From the IMG/VR virus record IMGVR_UViG_3300042691_030776: a DNA stretch of 64,000 nucleotides. The stretch is one strand, 5' to 3'. A program made the translations under genes and the position numbers. Below the pieces are notes generated by a model. It searched no databases and was not told where the DNA came from. It worked only from the letters and a program-made list of their open reading frames with translations. The stretch is from a virus. Below, piece after piece: positions 37,694 to 46,630 of this stretch (its first letter is position 1; each line of letters opens with the position of its first letter).

Positions 37694-38300
37694 TCTGCTG
37701 ATATAGCTGATCCATGGTTCCATTGTTGTCAATCACACAATCAAACTCTGTACCTACCCAGGCAGTTTCGCTGGCATGTACATTGTGTTTTTCCAAACGA
37801 TCTTTGCTCAACGACCAGGACATGTTGGTAGGACCTGCATTTGTAGCCACGGCATCGGCATACCATTCGGGTTCGGGCCCACGAACAACACGCAGTACAA
37901 TACCCCCTTGATTTCTTATGGCTTTGATCTCGTTGGGAAATCTACAGTCACTGATAACCACATCATCTTGGCTGGTTCTCAGCTTGTTTTCCAAGCTGGC
38001 GATCCAAATATCGTCGTGGAATCCGCGGCGGCAAACTTCGGTACCCCATTGCTGTAGTATCCAGCGCGGGGTAATGGCCAGGCCCAGACGTTTTGACCAC
38101 CACTCATCCACTTGTTCACGCCACTCACGAGCTTGTTTTGTGCGCCCTTCTAGCATGGTACGGTCCCACCCAAACACTGCCGAACAGGCATCTTTTAATG
38201 TGTTGGCAAAACTTTCCCTGCGAAACTGATGTATGTTTACTAGATAATCAGCAATGGTATCTTTGCCTGAACCAATGAAGCCACATACTCCGATGATCAT
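37641..38300 (-). CDS. deoxynucleoside monophosphate kinase (T4 gp1-like)
   Basis: IIGVCGFIGSGKDT, SFANTLKD, TPRWILQQWGTE, VISDCRFPNE, HASE. Confidence 0.92.
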   Translation of the reverse strand: MIIGVCGFIGSGKDTIADYLVNIHQFRRESFANTLKDACSAVFGWDRTMLEGRTKQAREWREQVDEWWSKRLGLAITPRWILQQWGTEVCRRGFHDDIWIASLENKLRTSQDDVVISDCRFPNEIKAIRNQGGIVLRVVRGPEPEWYADAVATNAGPTNMSWSLSKDRLEKHNVHASETAWVGTEFDCVIDNNGTMDQLYQQINDLLQGLRDAKVNHFE

Positions 38301-38992
38301 TGTTGATCCTTTAAAAAATTTAAAATATTATCTATTAGAGCCGGGTAAAAAGATGGGTCGGGGTGCGTAGTGTCAGGATATTTTTGCTTGTTTGAACGCA
38401 TATAAATTTCTAACTTGTCTGTTTTTTGTAATTCATCCAATGCTTGTTGTGACTTGTATTCCTTGTTATGATCCAACATCCTGACCACATGATGGGTGTA
38501 ACAATTCAATGGCATGTCCTCAAAGCCACTGATCTGTTTGTTCCAACTGTCAATTTTATACCGGAAAAAACTAAAGTTTTCGATAGATGGCGAAAGTGGT
38601 GCCGCAGATCCTATTACCAAAAACGGTGTCTGATATTGTTCGTACAACTCCTGTGCATACCGATAGTTTTGAGTGTTTAGAAAATGCAAGTCTTCGACCA
38701 AATTTTTCTTTCCAATATCAGAAAAATACGGAGACGGTAGGTTGTCAAAACTGTATATCATGCTGATAAATTCAGAATAGTCTCTTGCTGGTTCTGTATG
38801 AAACCAAATAATGTAATCAACCTTGTCTTTTTCTAAAAGTCCGTATTGCAAATTTTGTAGCTGTCCATGATTACTAGCACCACCCTTGGCTAAGTTGATT
38901 ACACTGTGGCCATCTTGGCCCAATAAATTTTTAATTAGTTCTATGTAAGGCTCCATGCCGGCCCAACTGTCACCTATCACACACAATTTCAT
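38297..38992 (-). CDS. SGNH/GDSL hydrolase-like protein
   Basis: IGDSW, NLAKGGASN, DTTHP; paralog of 10969-11709. Confidence 0.65.
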   Translation of the reverse strand: MKLCVIGDSWAGMEPYIELIKNLLGQDGHSVINLAKGGASNHGQLQNLQYGLLEKDKVDYIIWFHTEPARDYSEFISMIYSFDNLPSPYFSDIGKKNLVEDLHFLNTQNYRYAQELYEQYQTPFLVIGSAAPLSPSIENFSFFRYKIDSWNKQISGFEDMPLNCYTHHVVRMLDHNKEYKSQQALDELQKTDKLEIYMRSNKQKYPDTTHPDPSFYPALIDNILNFLKDQQ

Positions 38993-39510
38993 ACTAGTTC
39001 CTTTATTTTGAGCATTTCCAATGAGTCGTGTAACAGGTCAATCTGCCTGCGGCAATCTTCCAACGCATGGTGGCTGGCAGGATACTTGTTGAGACTTGGA
39101 CATAAACCATATACTGTACGAGCATCGCGTACCACGTAGTATTTCCAAGGCAATGCCAACCCATAACTTTTGTAAGCATGTTCTAATATGTTCATGTCGA
39201 ATGTAGGGCCGTTGGCCCAGATACGTTTGCTATGCCATATCAGCTTGCCGAGCTCTTCCAAGGCTTGCTTAAGAGGTATGCGATCTGTTTCTGCAAAGGC
39301 TTCTTCTCGAGCCGCTGTGGGCTGTGTAGCCCACCAGTCAATGGTGCCTTGTTCGATGTTGCGGTTGGGTTGGCTTTCGATGTCAATGCGGGCATAGTAT
39401 TGCTGGTCATGATATCCTCGTGTGAATGGATCAAATGCCTGAGCGGCAATGGTTAGAATACAGGCGTCAGGGCCTGTACCCACAGTTTCGATGTCGATCA
39501 TTAAGTCCAT
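38989..39510 (-). CDS. DEDDh 3'-5' exonuclease (DexA/RNase AS-like)
   Basis: MIDIET, WANGPTFD, RDART, HHALEDC. Confidence 0.88.
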   Translation of the reverse strand: MDLMIDIETVGTGPDACILTIAAQAFDPFTRGYHDQQYYARIDIESQPNRNIEQGTIDWWATQPTAAREEAFAETDRIPLKQALEELGKLIWHSKRIWANGPTFDMNILEHAYKSYGLALPWKYYVVRDARTVYGLCPSLNKYPASHHALEDCRRQIDLLHDSLEMLKIKELV

Positions 39511-39515
39511 GCTCT

Positions 39516-39543
39516 ATTATAGCATGGATTTATATTTTGTCAA
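39516..39543 (-). promoter_or_regulatory. sigma70 promoter, probably giving a leaderless exonuclease mRNA
   Basis: TTGACA-16-TATAAT with extended -10 TG; ATG 5 nt after the -10; no SD. Confidence 0.7.
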
Positions 39544-39552
39544 AGAGGAGAT

Positions 39553-40323
39553 TTAACCAATAACAAAAGTCAGCGGCTCGGATGCGTCAACATAGAGTTT
39601 GAGTTCTTCGATCTTGGCATCCATCTGTGCTTGTGCTTCGGTTTTGAGTGCGGCGCCGTTGAGGCTGGTACCACCTTGCGGACCTGCGATCTGAGCAAAC
39701 TTTTCACGTGCTTCACCAATGATCATCTTGGCAGCCGCGACCATGTAATCTCGGATCCATTGGCTGATTTGATAGTTTGTGAGTAGAGCGATCTCTGGCT
39801 TGAGCTGGTAAACCCATAACAGAACTGTTTCACCCGAACCTTTGGGATCGCGCATGAGCTGTATCTGCTTGGTCACAGGATTCCAACTGTAGTTTATAAA
39901 GCCACCAAACATACGAGCGGCCAGTTCTACATATTGTGTATAGAAATCATAGGTAGCAAGGCCCCCGGCACTGCTATAGTTTAGCAAATAGGTGTTAAGG
40001 GTCGCAGAACTAAAAGGATCAAAGCTAGATGAATAGGGTCCTGTGGAGTTACCAATGGTTCTTCGGAACACTTGTCTCACGCTCTGTACTTCTTGAGGCA
40101 AGGTATAGATGTTTACATCTTCCAGGAGTTCTAAAAAGATATAACACTCTTCGTAGGCGTTCTGTGCTCGCTGACGATAGACACCCATGGTGCGCTGGTA
40201 AGCCGCTTCATAGTGCGCTGGATCCAGCTCAAGATCAACGATCTGATCACCCAAGGTCAAGCGCACATATTCAATGAGATTTTGTTTAAGGGTATCTAGT
40301 GTTGATTCGTTTTGATCCGGCAT
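39553..40323 (-). CDS. neck protein (T4 gp13-like)
   Basis: YVRLTLGDQIVDLELD, WIRDY..A.AKMIIGEAREKF, GPQGGTSLNG, ends FVIG. Confidence 0.85.
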   Translation of the reverse strand: MPDQNESTLDTLKQNLIEYVRLTLGDQIVDLELDPAHYEAAYQRTMGVYRQRAQNAYEECYIFLELLEDVNIYTLPQEVQSVRQVFRRTIGNSTGPYSSSFDPFSSATLNTYLLNYSSAGGLATYDFYTQYVELAARMFGGFINYSWNPVTKQIQLMRDPKGSGETVLLWVYQLKPEIALLTNYQISQWIRDYMVAAAKMIIGEAREKFAQIAGPQGGTSLNGAALKTEAQAQMDAKIEELKLYVDASEPLTFVIG

Positions 40324-40345
40324 TGGGAACTCCTGTTCCCAGTAT

Positions 40346-41521
40346 TTACCAGGCTTTAAGGATGATCAAATTCTCATTGCCACGGCCGTTGAACTTGACT
40401 TCTGTGGCTTTGATATCCTTGAAATACTTGCGCTGTGCGGGTTTGCCACCGGCCAACAGAGCTTTGAGCTGTTCTGCGGGTTTGCGCAGAGTTTTTTGAT
40501 TAGTTCCGCCAGTGTCAAACCCCACGATGCTAGAGCCTTTGACAGAGAACGATCCCAAGTGTTGATCTGCCATGACATGGATGAGCTTGCGTTTTTTGGT
40601 ATCATACAGCCAAGCTTCACTAGCACCCACAAGTTTGGCCGGAGATTCTGAGGAGAGTTTGAGTTCAGGAAACTCTTTGAGGAACTTGAACTTACCAGCT
40701 TGTTTTTCGGGGCTCACTGCTTTTTTAGCACGGGGCTTGCGTTCAACTTTCTTGATCTGTACATAGTTACTGCAATCAGCGATGACCTGCTCGCTGAACT
40801 TTAGGAAGTTCTTGAGCTGTGTTTTGGTCCACGGGCTGTAGCCTTCTACCAACTGTGCATCACGACCTGCGATAGCTTGCTCGATCTCGTCCACACGTTT
40901 TTTCCAATGATCAACAATGGTGCTCACCATTTGGGGTGCCACGTTCATGCCACGGAGCAAGGTAATGGGCTTGTAGTCTGCGCTCATTTTAGCACCAGCT
41001 ACGATGAAGTCATCAAACATGCCTTCGATTTCTCCGGCACATTCTGAAACTTTTTCACGCAGACGATCCTGGATGGTGATGCGGGCAGTTTCAGCTTGCT
41101 TTTCAGCTTTGGCATCAGCAGACGCCTGTGCTTTGTCTGACAGTTTTTTAGCGGGCTTGTGCTTGTTCAGTAACTCAGACACATGATTTTCAATGTACAA
41201 GAGTTCGTGTTCGGTGAGTTCTAGACCCATGGTATTCATGCGGCACAGCCAGCCCATGGTGCTGGGTATGCTTTGTTCTGGCACACTACGAAACGCTTTG
41301 GCATTTTTGTCTTCGTGACGATCTAGCCAGTCTGCCACAAACTCCTTGACTTCTTTTTTGCCCAGATAATAGTTGTACCAGTTGAACGCATTGGCCAAAC
41401 TGCTGACCCGTCGCTCGGCCTCGGGTTGGAACTTCCAAGCAGGCTCATCGCCCATGTATTTGGTGTCAGCAGAACGGATATGCAAAGGTTTTGCGGGCTT
41501 GAGTGCAGTGGCTGATTTCAT
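40346..41521 (-). CDS. hypothetical protein (probable early gene)
   Basis: 391 aa, Lys-rich, ends FNGRGNENLIILKAW; sigma70 promoter and SD GGAG upstream. Confidence 0.75.
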   Translation of the reverse strand: MKSATALKPAKPLHIRSADTKYMGDEPAWKFQPEAERRVSSLANAFNWYNYYLGKKEVKEFVADWLDRHEDKNAKAFRSVPEQSIPSTMGWLCRMNTMGLELTEHELLYIENHVSELLNKHKPAKKLSDKAQASADAKAEKQAETARITIQDRLREKVSECAGEIEGMFDDFIVAGAKMSADYKPITLLRGMNVAPQMVSTIVDHWKKRVDEIEQAIAGRDAQLVEGYSPWTKTQLKNFLKFSEQVIADCSNYVQIKKVERKPRAKKAVSPEKQAGKFKFLKEFPELKLSSESPAKLVGASEAWLYDTKKRKLIHVMADQHLGSFSVKGSSIVGFDTGGTNQKTLRKPAEQLKALLAGGKPAQRKYFKDIKATEVKFNGRGNENLIILKAW

Positions 41522-41546
41522 AGCGGCTCCATGATGATAATGTAGT

Positions 41547-41575
41547 ATTTTAGCACATTTGGATTTTCAGGTCAA
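41547..41575 (-). promoter_or_regulatory. sigma70-type early promoter
   Basis: TTGACC-17-TAAAAT with extended -10 TG; same GGTTGACCWGAAA context as the promoters at 3243-3362. Confidence 0.8.
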
Positions 41576-41596
41576 CCTACCCATAAATACTGTACT

Positions 41597-42922
41597 ATGC
41601 CCAGATTAAGTCTCTATCGCCCAAATCGACAAAACGATTACAAGTTTTTGGACCGTACCATAGCCGAAATGTACACAGTTGGCGGATTGGATATCTACGT
41701 CCACAAATATCTTGGGCCCAAACCACATGGCGATGATTCTAGTAGCCAGACAGGTGGCACACAAGATGCCACACAACCAGCATATAGTTATGAAAATCCG
41801 CTGTTTGTTGAAGATCTCTTGTTGATCGAAAACAGAGATCGCGCCTACAGTCAGGATGTGTATGTCATGCGCGGTGTATATAACCAGCAAGACATTGATT
41901 TTGATCTCACCCAGTTTGGTTTGTTCCTCAACAACGACACGCTGTTTATCACATTCCACTACAATGATATGATTGACATCATGGGTCGCAAGCTCATGTC
42001 AGGTGATGTGCTGGAGTTTCCTAACCTTAAAGACTATAATCCGTTGAACGAGGCATTGCCCAGAGCGTTGCCCAAGTACTATGTCATACAAGATGCGGCG
42101 TTTGCATCAGAAGGATTCAGTGCCACGTGGTTACCACACTTGTGGCGAGTAAAAGCCACACCCTTGGTTGGTGCTCAAGAGTACAATGATATATTAAACA
42201 AACCATTTGCACAGGACAATATTTGGGATCCTGGCAACTACTATCCCAAAGGTAGTATAGTGTTGGATGGCAACACATACTACAAAGCCAAAGATCCTGT
42301 ACCGGTAGGCACACCTATAACAGATCCACTGTGGGAAGTTTACACACCTGCTACTGTACAAGAAAGTATTGGTACACGCAAGAAAGACTATGAACTCAAC
42401 GACGCTATATTGGCACAGGCCGAGTTTGAAGTTCCAAAGTCTGGGTATGATGCTGTTAAGTTTTATATTGTTCCTACCAACATAGACGGTACTCCAGCAG
42501 ATCCTGAATCCAACCCCACAGTAGATTATACGCTGGTTTCAGTGGATACGACTAACGTCAATGCAGACGCCATCGCAGTCACTCCACGCGGCGACGGTTA
42601 CACAGCTGGATATTTGTCTGGGGACGGCATTGCACCCAATGGGCTACCTGTCACACCTGGTATTTCCTTTCCAATCAATGCTCAAGAAGGCGACTATGCA
42701 CTGCGCCTGGACTATTTCCCCAACAGACTGTTTCGTTTTTCAGGCAAGCGATGGATCAAGATCGAAGATGCAGTACGCACCAATCTCACACCCGGACCTG
42801 ACAACAAGACGCTCCGTAGCAGTTTTGTCAACAACACAGCTACTACACAAACAGCAGACCGTGGTCCAATACCACAACGGCAAGGTCTCAGCAACATTCT
42901 CAAACCTGAGGCAGACAACTAA
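41597..42922 (+). CDS. neck/head-closure protein (T4 gp14-like) with extensions
   Basis: LLIENRDRAY, FDLTQFGLFL, GDVLEFP; immediately upstream of the gp15-like gene; late box 41584-41589. Confidence 0.7.
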   Translation: MPRLSLYRPNRQNDYKFLDRTIAEMYTVGGLDIYVHKYLGPKPHGDDSSSQTGGTQDATQPAYSYENPLFVEDLLLIENRDRAYSQDVYVMRGVYNQQDIDFDLTQFGLFLNNDTLFITFHYNDMIDIMGRKLMSGDVLEFPNLKDYNPLNEALPRALPKYYVIQDAAFASEGFSATWLPHLWRVKATPLVGAQEYNDILNKPFAQDNIWDPGNYYPKGSIVLDGNTYYKAKDPVPVGTPITDPLWEVYTPATVQESIGTRKKDYELNDAILAQAEFEVPKSGYDAVKFYIVPTNIDGTPADPESNPTVDYTLVSVDTTNVNADAIAVTPRGDGYTAGYLSGDGIAPNGLPVTPGISFPINAQEGDYALRLDYFPNRLFRFSGKRWIKIEDAVRTNLTPGPDNKTLRSSFVNNTATTQTADRGPIPQRQGLSNILKPEADN

Positions 42923-44310
42923 TGCAACAATTTTTTTATGATGAGCAGATACGACGTTTCCTGCTACAGTTTACACGCATATTCAGTAACTTCCAGGTTG
43001 AATACGGTCGCAACGATGAAGGAGTCAAAGGACTGATCAGAGTTCCCATACGATACGGTGACGCCAGTCGTCAAGCGCAAACTGTATTACAAAACAACTC
43101 TGCCAATAGCCTGCCGTCGACTCCGTTGATGACTTTCTACATCACTGAGTTACAGTATGCAAGAGATCGTGTGCAGGAGCCATACTTTGTTGACAAGACC
43201 AATGTGCGACAGAGATACTGGGATACCGAAACACAGACCTATGAAACCACACAGGGCAATGCATTTACTATCGAGCGCCTAATGCCTGTGCCGTTTAATT
43301 TAGGTCTAAAATTAGATATATGGACTTCTAACACTAATCAAAAGTTCCAAATACTCGAGCAAATACTCACACTATTCAACCCTGCACTGGAAATACAAAG
43401 CACAGACAACTACTTGGATTGGACCAGTTTGAGTGTTTGTGAACTTGAAACAGTGACCTGGAGTTCTCGAACTATCCCGCAGGGCACAGAGGATCCAATA
43501 GATATCGCTTCGCTAACTTTTAGTTTACCTATATGGATATCACCTCCTGCCAAAGTTAAAAAACTTGGTGTGGTCCAAAAAATCATTGCTTCAATGTATG
43601 ATGCACAAGGTGATTTAAATGACGCTGTGAATAACAGTGATTTGTTGTTGGGAACTAGACAGAAGTTTACACCTTACAACTATCAGGTGTTGCTGATTGG
43701 AAACCAGCTACAGGTACTAGAACCATTTGCCGTGGTGCCCGGAGCTGGAACGATCAACCCCGACACCAACCCTCCCAGTAACGTGATGTGGCATGCGGTG
43801 ACAAACTTGTTTGGTGATTTGCAAAACGGTATCAGTCAAGTGAGACTTGACAATCCCTATGATGGTACTATAATAGTAGGTACAGTGGCATATCATCCCA
43901 CAGACGACAGATTTTTACTGTTTACTGTGGACGAAGATACCATACCACAAAATACCTTACCACCAGTGAACGCCATAGTAGACCCTCAACGCAACGGCCC
44001 AGGAGCAGGTCTTCCTGTTGCTGTTGCTGGCCAACGATATCTGCTGGTTGGTGATACTGGCACACCAGATTATTCTGCTGGTGCTCCGGCCTGGACCGGA
44101 ATCAATGGAGAAGTTTTGTATGCCACTGCCAATGACATCATTGAGTACGATGGCGAGAAATGGAACATCTCTTTCTTACACACCAATCTCAGCGATGTGC
44201 AATACGTCACAAACATAACAACCGGCATACAGTATCGATGGGCAGATGGTTTGTGGCTCAAGAGCTACGAAGGTCTGTATCCTGAAGGAGAATGGAGCTT
44301 GGTACTTTGA
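42922..44310 (+). CDS. tail sheath stabiliser/terminator (T4 gp15-like) with C-terminal extension
   Basis: FFYDEQIRRFLLQF, VPIRYG, MPVPFNL, QILEQILTLFNP. Confidence 0.85.
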   Translation: MQQFFYDEQIRRFLLQFTRIFSNFQVEYGRNDEGVKGLIRVPIRYGDASRQAQTVLQNNSANSLPSTPLMTFYITELQYARDRVQEPYFVDKTNVRQRYWDTETQTYETTQGNAFTIERLMPVPFNLGLKLDIWTSNTNQKFQILEQILTLFNPALEIQSTDNYLDWTSLSVCELETVTWSSRTIPQGTEDPIDIASLTFSLPIWISPPAKVKKLGVVQKIIASMYDAQGDLNDAVNNSDLLLGTRQKFTPYNYQVLLIGNQLQVLEPFAVVPGAGTINPDTNPPSNVMWHAVTNLFGDLQNGISQVRLDNPYDGTIIVGTVAYHPTDDRFLLFTVDEDTIPQNTLPPVNAIVDPQRNGPGAGLPVAVAGQRYLLVGDTGTPDYSAGAPAWTGINGEVLYATANDIIEYDGEKWNISFLHTNLSDVQYVTNITTGIQYRWADGLWLKSYEGLYPEGEWSLVL

Positions 44311-44732
44311 ACGCTGTAGGAGTTTGGTTTTATAGCATATCCACTGATAGATATCTGTATCTGTTGCGCAACGATGATCGACATCCGGGAACCTGGGGGT
44401 TACCTGGAGGAAAGAGCCGCAGAGACGAAACTTTAATGGATACTATACGTCGTGAATGCATTGAGGAACTGGGTTTTTGGCCCGAAGAAATCAAACTAGT
44501 ACCTATTGAAAAGTTTACCAGCCCCGATGGTAACTTTTGCTATCATACTTTTTTCTGTAGTGTAGCTGGAGAGTTTACTCCCACCCTCAACGAAGAACAT
44601 CAAGGATGGGCTTGGATTGATTCCAATACCTGGCCAAGGCCTTTACATCCTGGCTTATGGTCTACTGTTAACTTTGACGAAGTTAAGCAAAAAATGTCAA
44701 CGGTTCAACAACAGTATCAGACATCACAGTGA
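44292..44732 (+). CDS. NUDIX hydrolase
   Basis: WGLPGGKSRRDETLMDTIRRECIEELG Nudix box; LNEEH; PLHPG. Confidence 0.88.
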   Translation: MELGTLNAVGVWFYSISTDRYLYLLRNDDRHPGTWGLPGGKSRRDETLMDTIRRECIEELGFWPEEIKLVPIEKFTSPDGNFCYHTFFCSVAGEFTPTLNEEHQGWAWIDSNTWPRPLHPGLWSTVNFDEVKQKMSTVQQQYQTSQ

Positions 44733-45391
44733 AGTATAAACTGTCTGTAGTCAATGACTTCTGCGTTACGGAACGAACGCCATTCGTCGTGTGGTTCAGC
44801 ACCATCTGTCACAAAATAAAACTTTGTGTTGGGATATGCTCCTAGCACTTGTTTGATATCAATGATGTGTTTATGATCAATGTGATGTTCTCTAGTGGTG
44901 CCATCAACGCCTAACAAAAAGATTTCATGGTGTCCATCAAATGCCGCAAGATAAGCGGCAGCGGCTGGTGCGGCCAATCTCACACAGTACGGAATGAGAT
45001 AAAACTCTCCAGGCATTTTTAAGCAGTTTGTCGTTAGAGTATAAACCACTGATCGTTCTGCATACCCTGAACTCACTATTTCGTTGAGCACAGGAATGTC
45101 GTATTCAACACAGAAATCCAAATGCATTTTTTTCCAAATGCCTTCGCATCCGTAGGTCTGTAGTTTTTTTTGACCAAGTAACCCACCACCGTGATTAGCA
45201 ACCGCAGTTACGACGTCGTGGCGTAGGCTGTGCCCATTGGCAACAACCACGGCTCGGCCGGATATGTGTTGATTGACTATGGGGTTTTCAATATATTCTT
45301 TGTCGGTGATTTTTTTGCCGTCTCTGTAGGTGATTTTAGTAATGACAAACTCACCAGCATAGTCTGCGCGATAGCGTTCTTTATTGATCAT
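44717..45391 (-). CDS. hypothetical protein, Maf/DUF115-like glycosyltransferase fold
   Basis: AVVVANGHS, TYGCEG, EIFLLGVD; paralog of 58453-59040. Confidence 0.5.
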   Translation of the reverse strand: MINKERYRADYAGEFVITKITYRDGKKITDKEYIENPIVNQHISGRAVVVANGHSLRHDVVTAVANHGGGLLGQKKLQTYGCEGIWKKMHLDFCVEYDIPVLNEIVSSGYAERSVVYTLTTNCLKMPGEFYLIPYCVRLAAPAAAAYLAAFDGHHEIFLLGVDGTTREHHIDHKHIIDIKQVLGAYPNTKFYFVTDGAEPHDEWRSFRNAEVIDYRQFILHCDV

Positions 45392-46605
45392 AATCTCCCC
45401 ACTACTACTTCAATCTTGCCTGGAATATTGCTGTCATAGTTTTCCAAAGCCTTACCAATGATGCTACCAGGAACAAACGTAACCATTTTAGTTGCAACAC
45501 CAGGAATATCGCTAGTGACTAACAAGTCACCTTTCTTGATAGAGCCAACTACCTGGCAAGGTACACGACCTGTGAGTGCCACTGCTACTCCACCTTGTAG
45601 ATCAACATTCATTACATAGGCTGGATTAGTTGACACCACTCCGGCTACTGCTGGATCATGATTGGTCGTACTTTGTGTAACTTCTCGATCACCACCAAAT
45701 ATTAGCACTGTGCCCGGTTCGTATTCAGCATCAGTGGTATAGTATTCTGCCAAGTCAGCGTAGGTAGCGTTGACTGTGACACCAAAAATATTACTAAACT
45801 TAGTTGACGAGCTACCAATGTTGCTGGTGTTATTTGAGTTGGCAAAAATATTTCCGGCTGTGACAAAGTTGCCTGCGGCAATCTGCAGAGCATAGGGATT
45901 TGTGATTGTCATGTTACTGCCAGCCACAGGTGCGCCAGCAATATAAAGAGTTGCCGCAGAAGTGGTTGTCACAGATCCATTGGTGGCTGCCAAGGTGCCT
46001 TGGGCAATGGCATGTATATGATTGGTTGCGGCTGTACCAGCGGCTGGTGTACCTGAATCGGTATATGTTGCGGAGTTGATTCTCAACCCGATACCATTGG
46101 TAGTCCAACTTGATGCTGTTTCATTACCGCCTATAGTTACAGCGGCTGTGGTAGGTGCTGTACCAAACCCACTCTGTGCTTGACAAGTAAGATTTACAGC
46201 AACGTTGGCTTCTGTGGCAGTAAATGTTGTGTTAGTTGCTCCGGCCACATTGGCGCGGATGTTGCCGCCAGAAGCGATCACGGTCATCGCCGATGTGCCG
46301 TTTTGTATAGAAGTCGCGTCAATGGTGCTCCAACGCACCCCAGAGCCTGTAGATTCTAGATACTGTCCCGAACTGCCCACGCCAGAATTTGCTGTCAGTG
46401 TACCTGTAAGTACTGCACTGCTCAGTGTTTTATTTGTTAAAGTTTGTGTAGCTGTGGTGCTCACGCCAGCAAAACCCCCGGCCGTGGCTCCATCATGGAC
46501 TACCACTATTTTATTGGTAGTATCAACGGTGATCTCGCCCAAAGCGCCAGTAAAGCTGGCTGTTTGTGCGCTGGATCCTCGGCGGTATTGTATCTGGGTT
46601 GACAT
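45388..46605 (-). CDS. fibre/appendage protein with Mtd-like N-terminus and peptidase-G2-like C-terminus
   Basis: MSTQIQYRRG...FTGALGEITVDT...VVHDGATAGG; C-terminal YADLAEYY...VALTGRVPC...IIGKALE. Confidence 0.75.
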   Translation of the reverse strand: MSTQIQYRRGSSAQTASFTGALGEITVDTTNKIVVVHDGATAGGFAGVSTTATQTLTNKTLSSAVLTGTLTANSGVGSSGQYLESTGSGVRWSTIDATSIQNGTSAMTVIASGGNIRANVAGATNTTFTATEANVAVNLTCQAQSGFGTAPTTAAVTIGGNETASSWTTNGIGLRINSATYTDSGTPAAGTAATNHIHAIAQGTLAATNGSVTTTSAATLYIAGAPVAGSNMTITNPYALQIAAGNFVTAGNIFANSNNTSNIGSSSTKFSNIFGVTVNATYADLAEYYTTDAEYEPGTVLIFGGDREVTQSTTNHDPAVAGVVSTNPAYVMNVDLQGGVAVALTGRVPCQVVGSIKKGDLLVTSDIPGVATKMVTFVPGSIIGKALENYDSNIPGKIEVVVGRL

Positions 46606-46630
46606 TGTTTATTCCTGTATCATATTTAGT

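Noticed and set aside
45388-46605. Diversity-generating retroelement suggested by the Mtd-like N-terminus
   Set aside because: No reverse transcriptase and no template/variable repeat pair with adenine-specific mismatches in the window; the C-terminus is not a C-type lectin variable region.
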